This document shows positions 53,983 to 64,000 of a DNA stretch of 64,000 nucleotides, one piece after another (the stretch's first letter is position 1; each line of letters starts with the position of its first letter). The notes under the pieces were generated by a model. That model did not search any database. It saw only the letters and a list, made by a program, of their open reading frames with translations, and was not told where the DNA came from. The stretch spans positions 124,001 through 188,000 of the forward strand of contig JALDZX010000014.1 of assembly GCA_022813865.1 (NCBI GenBank), written 5' to 3'. Source of the stretch: Xylographa opegraphella (lineage: Eukaryota). A program made the position numbers and the translations under genes.

Positions 53983-56900
53983 TCACGTCCCTCCAAGATA
54001 TTTCAGCACTCCCTCTCTCTCCTCCACCGGCAACATGCTCAGCACCTGTCGAATCCCTTTCAGTCCACCATCTTTGTTGCTCCGCAGGAGGCTGGCAACC
54101 TCGAACGCGATACCCTCTCCCTTCAGCGTCTCAATCTTCGCGTGGACCTCTTTCCGGTTTTCCTCGTACCACATCGCCACACTGCGATCATCTCTCTCGA
54201 ACGGACCAATGCCTGTCCACGCTTGTAGCATGCCTAGCTGCTGTTCGCGTGAGGAAGGAACACCATGTAGAGCAACAGTGGCCAGCTTCTTTAGGATTGA
54301 TTCCTCATTGAGACGGCGGCGGAGACGCCAATAGAAGAACCGCCGGGCATTCTTCCACTGTAGGGCGTGGCGAATGGAACCTTTAGCTTCCATACGGCCA
54401 GCGCGGTCGTGCAGGTCGGCGAATTGGAGAGAGATTTGCGAGTACACTGGAAGGAGGAGCTGTTCTCGCTCAGTCATCTTGACTTTAATGTCAGAAAGCT
54501 GGTCTGCTGAAAGTGATTTATCGGTCAGAGAACGTCTCAGCTCCCCATAGGTCGGATCAAGGCGTGCCATCGTTTCGAGTTGCTTGTCACGACGGAACTT
54601 GATGTTGACAATTCCTTCCGGTTCAAGAACGCCACCTCGAGCATCTTCATCGGCATACATTTCCATATACTCCGGGTTGATAGTCGGATCAACAACAACC
54701 TAACAGTAGTAAGTAGATGATTTCTGGAAACAGAAAGAGTACGACTCACCCATGAGCCACCACGAAGTTCACCAGTTGGTGGAATGTAAACGAAGATTGG
54801 CTGTTCGTACTTTACCAGGGCATCGACGATGTACGATCCATATTTAAGAACCTCATTGTACATATCTCGCTGGCCGCCTGCGAAACCTCGCCAGTTGGCC
54901 AAGATCATGAGGGGTAATTGTTCACCATTGTTGAAATCTTGGATAGCTTGTGCAGTCTTGAAGGCCGAATTTGGATACCACACACTACCAGCTTCATTTG
55001 TGATCTGCTCCATCGAATCCGGATTCGCTGGATCTGCAGGAGTAACGTTTTCGACCGACCGATTTTCTACTCCAATTACTCCAATTGGAATGCCTCCGAG
55101 GCGTGCACGTCCCACAACCACAGACCGTGCCCACCCACCAAGTGACTCTTGAAATGAGTTCTTGTCAAAAAGTCCAGACATAAATCCTTCGTCGTCTTCT
55201 TTACCTGCGATAAGCCACCTTACATCATACGACTGCTTTGGTGGTGGATAGTAAGTAATGCTACGGTCCCAAGGATCGGTATGTGGTGAAATAGGAATGG
55301 GATTGTTCTTCTTGTCCGGAACATATGACATCCAATCCACGATCTTAGAGACGCCTTCAAAATCGTCATTGGCGGTCATATGTGAAACACCGTTCTTGTA
55401 CATAATTTGTGTTCCTCCGAGCTGCAGATTTGAGGTATAGACTTCACGACCGAGCAGTTTGTTGATCGCAGGGGCACCAGTCAAAATGATGGGCTGACCT
55501 TCGATCTGGATAGCTCGTTGTCCGAGCCGTACAAGGTACGCGCCGATACCTGATTTTTCTCAGTATTACTCGTCGTGCTCAAGTATGAAGTTTGACTTAC
55601 CGACTGATCGACATGTAACCAACGTGATGGTAAAGATATCTTCATAAGCCCTTGATGTCGCACCAGCGATTAGACCCGACCCTCTAAGACATTCGACACC
55701 GAGACCATCTTCCGCACCGATGATGGTAGTAATCTTGTGTCTCTCCTCTTCGCCCTCTGTAATACGCTCGGTAATGACATGTCTGATCTTCCCATCTTCA
55801 AACCTATGCTTCATCTCCGGTGTCAGGTAAAGATATTTGAATCCAGCTTCGGGCTTTGCAGGATCATTCCATGCAGCTGAGAAGTGCGGGATCAGTTCCT
55901 CGGCCATACCAATACGAGCTCCAGAATTGGCAGAAAGATAAATTCTCGGAATCCCAAGCTTCCTCGCGAGCTCTGTGCACTTGAAGAAAAACTTGTCTTC
56001 AAGAGGACCGAATGAACCGATTCTGAAAGTAATGTCGTTCGCTACGATGATGAATCGTCGACCTTTTGGATACTCTGGTGTCTTTCCAGTCAGTATCCAA
56101 CCTACCATGCCATGAGAATTGGTACCAGGCTCTCGAGAGACTTCAGCCAAATTATCGTTATCATCAAGAACAAGCTCGCTGTACTCCATACACTCTCCGG
56201 GTCGTGGTTGCTTGTCCGCCAACGATGGATGTTTGGCGACTGCCTTGATCCAGCAGTTCTGGAAAGCTTGTCTAAAGAGTTCAGGGAAATCATAGACGTA
56301 TTGAGTACCCATGAGATGAGCCTTGTATCGTTTCGGCTGCAACCATCCTTTCGTAGGGTAAGGTGTCGATACTGGTCTAAGATGCATCGAGCCAATATTC
56401 GTGGTTCCACCGATGCTCTGGAATATCCATTGCCCACCTTTATCAGACTTCCGCTCAGCATAAAGCTCGACTTGAATGACATATCCAGAAGTATTACTGA
56501 TGACAACACGAAGAGGATAGGGCATTCCAGTGGTTGGCTCAGTGCAGATAATGCGAATCTCTGCGCCCGTGACACGCAATCTCCAGGCCCGGCGACCAAA
56601 TCGCTCGAGGAAACCCCCAAGAGCCTGTTCCACATCCTGAGCTTCAAGTGGGAACACTTGGGAGAAATTGATGAAGAGGTGGTTCATGTCGGAATTGTTG
56701 TTACCAACAATTTCCAAGGCGTCAAGAATGTCGTTGGCCAGACGGTCAGCCTCAGAAATGAGATACTCGGCGGTAGGAATATCATCCTTTAGCCGGCCCG
56801 GTCTTACCACAGCGCGTGTGAAGTATCTCTTGTCGACAACCTTGTCATTGTCGGAGCCTTTGCCAATCGCCTCGTAGACGTGAATATTCCTATTCTCCGT

Positions 56901-59900
56901 GAAAACTGGCTTAATTTTGAAGTTCGATAACCTTCCAAGCTCAAGCTGAAAAGCCAATGCAGGTTCAATATGTCGTATACTTGTGTCTTCGGTGTATGCA
57001 GGACCGCGGAAGGTGAAATAACCTGGGTACGTACCATCAATATGCCCGCAGATAAAAGTCAATCTCCTTACTCTCCTAGCGAGTAACTCTTCTTTATAGT
57101 CAGAGACTATTCCTGTGATACGCTTCAGAATCTCATTGTCGTCAAAAGATTCTGTATCTCTGATCGCAACATTGCACACCGCTGTGAGTTCCTCCTCGCT
57201 GTCTTTCCTCGCGGGAATCCGTTTTTGGCTTGCTAAATCGGGAATCAAGCTTGTTTGAGACTTGGTTTTGATTTTACTAGGGAAGACTTCCAGAGCACGC
57301 ATCAGGTATTCGTCTGCTTCGTCAAGATAGTGTACAGGGACAATGACACCCTTGCGTGTGGGTTCATCTGCTGCTCTACCAACAAGATAAGACATATCGC
57401 TGATCGAATGGACACGTTTATATGGATTGTTTTCTGAAGCTGGTGTAACAGGGGTTGATGGAGATGAAGAGTTTATTGGCAATCCAAGCTCTGGTTGTCC
57501 GACTTTACGGAGCATAAAGTCCCATGATATGAGATATGGTGGATCTTGATCATTGTGATACTGCACGTCTTTGAGCTGGTAAGCTCGATAGGCGCGCCGT
57601 ACATACGTTTCCAGAGCTGCCAATGCGACCCAGGCATCTTGGTGACCGAAGAATTTGGGTAGTACGTCGAATACGGTGAACTTGGAATCGACTACTTCCT
57701 TTATCACATCGAGATCAGGTTCCCGATGCTCCCAACCAGTCTCTCCGTATCTCGTCTCAATGACAGACGAACGAAGGATATGTTCCATTTGGGCCTCTCG
57801 TTCTTCCAGAGAGGGTAACGCACACTGAATCAAGACTTCACGAGCCTTGAGGGCAACCTTTGCTGTAGCCCTAGACTCAAGCTCGGTTAATCTTCGTAGC
57901 GATGGCCTGAAGTACTTTGCCACATTTCCAACGTTGGGTTTGTTGGGCCGATACATATCAAGAATAGCTAGCACAAGATTGTTCTTCGCACCAATTCGAC
58001 TATGGGACAAAACGGTCTGTACAACCTTGTGGATATCATCTTTATTCTCGTCTCGTAGCCGCAGGATGACATCTTCATCACGGGCGTTGCGGCTTGAAAA
58101 CTGCTTTTCCACAGCAGCATAATTGTCAAGCAGCTTGGAGAACACGTCAAGCTCGTGAACTTTTAGACCTTCAATATAACGATCCATGACCTCAATCAAG
58201 GACGCAAGAGCTGCCTTAAGCTGAGGAACATCGCTGGGGCTGACATTATCCTCTAAAAAGCGACTGAGGGCTTTTTGGAGCGGTTTAGCAGGAAACTCTG
58301 CTTTTCTTGTTCGTGCGCGGTCCACTATTTGTTCAAATTGCGCATGAAGTTTCTGAGGCATTCTGGCATGCAGAGCTGAAAATTGCGCGTTCCATTCCCC
58401 GTATGGTAGTTCCGGATCGCGAAGAACCTCGACAAGCTCTTTCAAGGTTGAAGCCATAATGACCTGATTGTCGAAACCGTTGAGGATATTCTGCAAAATC
58501 CCATGCAGAAGAATAAACCTTTGCGGAGGTTTATTTCCAACAACTTGAGGTGCGCCGAGGTCTGGTAGCTGTCCCGAAAACGGTTGCGCATGTTTCACTT
58601 TCGATGGATCGTCCAAGGCAAGTATACCTAGAATGTCGCCTGCCTCCAGTGTGGCTCCTGGCTGCTTGATGAGTTGTACAACCCCGTCTTCTTGTGTAAT
58701 CAGAGGCATGTACATCTTCATCACTTCGACTTCTGCAAAGGCTTGACCCTTTTTGACATGCTCCCCGTTCTCAACGGTGAACTTGACGAGTTTTCCCGGA
58801 CTTGGTGTACGCAGTTGAGTTGGATCATTCTCTTGCTCTAGCAGACAAGTCTTGCTGTCGACACTGACGCGAGTCGCCCCGACCTCTTCTTTCCAGTACA
58901 CACTGTGGCTGCGACCGCTGATAAGAATGAGCAGTCCGCCGTCAGCTAAAGCACGTACACCCACTGCGCACTTAGAGCCGTTGATGAAAAGATGGTAGCT
59001 GTCCAGACTCGAGCGAGTAGCTGTGAATTTGTATCGATAGCCTTCATAAATGAAATCGACGTGAAACACTGTCTTGAGCACATCTTTGGATGGTACCTGT
59101 CCTTTTTCTAGACTTGTGCGATACTCTGCGATACAAGCTTCGCTAGCGACGTGGGCTTTTGTAACAGCCCCACATACGACGGCAAGCATGGTGTCTGGCC
59201 TCTCTGCAGTTAATTTGTTTGATATCAATTCGTCAAGCCATCCAGTAGTGATCGTATTCTCTTCAAATGCTGGAGTCTCTAACAGCTTTATTAGGTATTC
59301 GACTGTTGTTCGAAAGTCGCCACGGATGCTCAATTCCTTGAGAGCGACTACCATGTGTTTTCGTGATGCCGATCGGTTTTCTCCGTATGCGAAGATATGC
59401 CCAAATTGACTGTCAGAGAAGCTGTGAATCCCGCCGGCTGTGCCTACCGAAAAGTAACCCCAAACATTGGAACTACTTCGGAAGTTCAATTCGTGCATCA
59501 TACCACTCGATGGCTTGAAGCCTTCGCCAGGGTCCTCTGAAGTGATGCGGCACGCTGTCGTATGTCCTTTTGGTGTCGGTCGCCGCTGGGTCTTGACACT
59601 GTTTTCGTCCGAGAATTCAAAATCGATTTCCGTGGTGGTTTGAGGGTCCGCTCCATACAACAAGCGAATATCTCGCACTCGGTGAAGAGGGAGGCCCATC
59701 GCGATTTGAAGCTGTGCGGCTGGGAGATTAACCCCACTCACCATCTCAGTGGTCGGATGCTCCACCTGTAAACGAGGGTTCAATTCGAGGAAGTAGAATT
59801 TGTCGTCAGAATGAGAGTACAAGTACTCCACAGTACCTGCAGAAACGTAGCCAACCAGTTTGCCAAGACGAACTGCAGCTTTCTCCATAGCATGAAATGT

Positions 59901-61112
59901 TTCCGGTCTAGCTATTGTGACTGGAGCTTCCTCAATAATCTTCTGATGTCTTCGTTGTACTGAACAATCCCTGCCGAAGAGCGAGATATTGTTGCCATAT
60001 TCATCAGCCAGAAGCTGGACCTCAAGATGCCTCGCATTCCCGGCCAGCTTCATGATGAAGATGGGTGATCCAGGAACCTCGTGCGCAGCCGCATTATAAA
60101 GCTGTTTGAACCCCTCCTCGGTGTCTACTTTTCGGATGCCCTTGCCACCTCCACCTTCGGAGGCTTTCACCATCACTGGAAATCCAATTTTACGAGCTTT
60201 TTCTAGCCCTTCTTCCCACGAATGTGTGCAGCCCTGGTCGTAAATGTCTTCAGCAACGGTAACAATCCCATCTTCGTCCAGCACCACTTGATCTACCCCC
60301 TCGCCCGACCAGGGAATGCAGGGAACTTTGGCATGCTGTGCGACGATGGTTGAGGATATTTTGTCACCAAGTGACCGCATAGCGGATCCAGGAGGACCTA
60401 TAAAGATGATTTTTTTGGGTGATGCTGCCAGCGACTCCGGCAGCTTCGGGTTCTCTGAGGCATGGCCCCTTGTAAGGTGTCAGTCGGCTTGTACGATTGC
60501 TAGTCCGTCGGACAGAAAAAAACTCACCATCCTGCCCAAACTGCATGAACATTCATCCGTTCTGCAACATCGACGATCAATTCGACATTCGCATAATTGT
60601 TATTGTTTGTACCTCCAGGAACCTAGCACTGCTCAGCAACTGAATGGGCCTCCATTCGGGCTCCCGTGATGATTGCCTTGATAGGCAACATACCTCAACA
60701 TATTGATCTGCCATCCGAATGTAGTCTGCATTTGCTTGTAAATCTTCCGGAGTGGCCATGACGGTGAACTGTATGGCCCGCTCGTCGCCGAAAGTCTCGT
60801 AGGCCCATTTTCGAACAGACCTAATCTCCTTGACGGCTGCGATTCCGTTATTGGCAATAAGAACCTATTCCGAGGATCAGTAACTTGGGTTGTCTTGAGT
60901 CTTAAACTTCATACCGAAGTGATGACAGTGTGCCCATCGTGGCTTGCTACGAAGTCCTTTACCCTTCCAGACTCCGCTACTGCTAGGTGATTCCCCCCTA
61001 TGAAGTGAGGGGAGAGATTGTGTTTAGCAGCGTAAGAGCTTGCGTGCCCATTCACCAACGGGACTGTGACACCATTGGTGTGAGCGACACCATTAGTCTT
61101 GAGAGCGACCAT
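53983..61112 (-). CDS. ACC1: Acetyl-CoA carboxylase (multi-intron)
   Basis: [27 protein letters not shown], biotin site EVMKM, CT-domain GVECLRGSG and NWRGF. Confidence 0.98.
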
Positions 61113-61979
61113 AGTGACAGGCACTGAGCTCGACGTCGAGCTGATCTTCTGAAGCACCCCAGTCCGATGTTGCTATTATGTAGCAGCCTGCGGCTTACAT
61201 GGAATTGCCGATTCGGTCACCGAGAGCAGGCTATGTGTAAGATTATGAGTTGCGATTGTGGTGATGTATGGAAAAGGAAATACCAACACTTCGAGAAGGT
61301 AGTGGTGGGGTGAAGGAATATGTTCAAAAGCTAGAAGCGGCGGAGGCGTAGATGTTCGTGGTTGGAGAGAGCAAGCTCGATGCGTATCGGCGGGTTTCGT
61401 CGGGGGAAATTCAGTTCGTCCCCAAGGTTGCAAGGATCAGCGGTGAGAACGCAGCCAATGAACACAGTCGCTGTGAAGATGGGAAATTGTGATTGGGCAA
61501 TGAATATCGCGAGCAGTGGCTATCTACGGATGTACGAGATCTATCTGACATTCAACCTTTTTACTTCTCAACAGAGAGCTCTGCTTTTTGTACCTCCTCC
61601 GGACGTGACCTACCTTAGCTCAGGACGATTTCTCGCCGGAACGCTAAGATGGTTGGGGATTTTCGGAAAACGTGGAGAAGCTTTCGGCGTGGACCTCGGA
61701 CGTCATGGCGGGGCAGGGGCACACTGGGGCGTTGGGCGAGCTAGCGGCTGCAGGCCCGGCTAGCGTTCCACACCGGATACCGAAAGATTTCGGATAACCT
61801 TCGATGGTTCGCGACGGTGATCACGTTCGGCGTACGTCCGGAGTACGTTCACAGTGGTATCACTTGCTCAAGAGCTTTGCTATGTACATACAATTCGCAA
61901 GTGGTCCTATGCATCGCATTCTTCTGCTTTCAGTCGAAGGCAACGTCAAATCCTACATGGTCGAAGGAAGATGGTCTGA

Positions 61980-63931
61980 TCACAAATCCGCTTTTTCCAT
62001 CGGGGCCCCATTGCTCCCTCTTCCATCAACAACAGGGACCTCCATACCCTCCGCAATGTTGATATTGGCAATCCCCGTATCCGGTCCGGTGAACCTCTTT
62101 CTGCCAGTCGTAAACCACGTCACCGCACTGATCAGCCCGATCACTCCGATCGCGGCGGAGGTGTAGTTCATGTTCTCCTCGTCGACAGGGTTCACCGTCG
62201 GGAAGTTGAACGTGATGGAGGCAAACAGTAAGAATAGGAAGCCAACAACGTTCAAGACAATACCGTACTTCCCGAGCGTGTACGGACCTTGGAGAACCTT
62301 GGCATGGCCTGAGAGCCGAGCCAGGATCCGGACTAGAAGAGGCATTGCATAGGATAAGTCTGCACGGAATCACACCATCAGTATCGCGCACGACAGCCTG
62401 GGACGTTCTGATTACTACTCACAGAAGCCTTCAGTGGCGATAGAAATCACCGTATTGAATCCTGTGACTGTGCCAAAATAGATCGAGTTCAGTGCCATCT
62501 GTACGCCCAGTGCGAGCAGGATTGCGTAGACGGGAACTTGTCGCTTCTTCTCCACCTTAGCAAAGATGTGAGAGAATGGCAGACCATGATCGCGGGCAAA
62601 AGCACTGTTCGCACGCCAGTTAGCGCATCGCCAATCCACATCAAACCCTGGGAGTTCCTACAAAAGACTCCGCGAACCCTCGGCGAGCAGGAACATTGCG
62701 CATACTAAGACGATGACTGTGATGAGCGAGGCGAGGAAGCATGCCCCTACCACCGAGTTGGTGGAGTCGAAAAATATTTGAATCAAGGGGACGCCGGTGG
62801 CAGAGCCCGCTGTTGCATCGATATCTCCGATGCAAAAGCATATCGAAATGAGGAATATAAAGCCGGTTACGGCACCAATGTATACGGACATAACGATGGC
62901 TTTGGGGGCTTCGCGAGAGGCATTTTTCATCTCCTCCGTCATGTGCGCTGGAGCGTCGTAGCAGCCTGTTGTACATGTAAGCTATGGACCGAATGTCGGT
63001 CTCCATAGACCCTCCACCATAAGGTTTTCTTACACATGCCGAAAGCGCTCTGCAGCAGGCCAAGGATAGCAGTGAAGCCTGTTCCGAACCCTGTGAAGTT
63101 TTGGAAGTCGTGGAAGACAAAGCTAGGGGTTTGCTTGTGGTCATTCGTAGCAAGTATTGTAATGATAACGATGAGAAATGACAGGATGTTCCATATCATC
63201 ATTCCTCTCGATAACTTGTCGAGAAGATGCGGTCCGTATATGTTTGCAATGGCAGCCAAGATCGCAATGGCATAGGATAATAGCGCCGTGTGCCATCTCT
63301 CAATAACGTAGGATGGATTCGACAGGTTGGCCATTCCCAAAATGAAATTGGCACCGATAAAGTTGTTAACGGCTCCCATTGCAAGGATCCCTACACGTCT
63401 ACGCTCAGCATGATATTATATTTGTGACAGATCTCTCAACATACCCGTCAACATGAACCACCCAGTTACGTACGAAAGCCCTCGCGCTACGCTGGGAGGA
63501 GCCAGCACCGCAACCCAGGAGTACTGGCCTGATATCAATCAGTATGCATCTATATCAGCACGGCAAGCATGTATTCAATGTGACTTACCGCCAGCAACGG
63601 GATAAGCGGAACATATCTCAGCCATTGAATACGCAACGGCAAGCGTAACGACACTGATGCCAATCCACGACCAGATCATAACAGGCGGGCCCTAGAAATA
63701 ATTATTGGTTACATCTTCATGCTTCCTGGAATCTGGACGTACTCCTGACTCGACGCCCACGATCAGAACACCTCCGAGGGCCGTCCAGCTTGTCACTATG
63801 CTGAAAGCGAAGCCAATCATGCCCAACAGGCCGAATGAGCGCCGCAGCTCTTGCTGGTAGCCGAACTTCTCCAGCACGGCATCCTCTCGCACCTCATCGT
63901 CGAATACCTTGGTTTCTCTTGCAGTCGACAT
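61980..63931 (-). CDS. APC superfamily amino-acid permease (choline/GABA, HNM1/UGA4-like), multi-intron
   Basis: GYQQELRRSFG, MAEICSAYPVAG|GQYSWV, YDAPAHMTEEMKNA, AFARDHGLPFS, NMNYTS; about 12 TM segments. Confidence 0.9.
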
Positions 63932-64000
63932 GGCCCAGGCACGTCAGCGACGAAGAAAATCAGTAACGTGGTGGAAATAGTAGATGACCAAAAACGAATG

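Overview
Gene-dense window from a filamentous ascomycete (Pezizomycotina-type GT-AG introns of ~50-70 nt with CTRAC branch sites). It carries conserved housekeeping genes: ICE2, MYG1, an endosulfine (Igo1-like, missed by the ORF track), SFM1, KEX1, RAE1/GLE2, an ACO2-type aconitase, an SMN homolog, SMC3, SLC1, ACC1, an amino-acid permease and a tRNA-Ser(GCT). Accessory stretches interrupt these. (i) 13.3-15.9 kb has a higher-order minisatellite, a degenerate TIR-like element and orphan spliced ORFs. (ii) 22-29.3 kb has an FAD monooxygenase, a spliced gene whose product aligns by eye with the whole PemK/MazF endoribonuclease fold and ends in a membrane tail anchor, an F-box-like protein and a secreted HExxH protein. 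(iii) 41.3-52 kb, right after the tRNA, has a frameshifted alpha/beta hydrolase, an intact HeLo-like/NB-ARC/TPR NLR and a multiply disrupted CYP52-like P450. The best novelty candidates are the tail-anchored MazF-like gene and a secreted cupredoxin-fold protein that has lost three of four type-1 copper ligands but is very Met-rich. Gene models were spliced by hand and family calls come from remembered motifs; no database searches were run.
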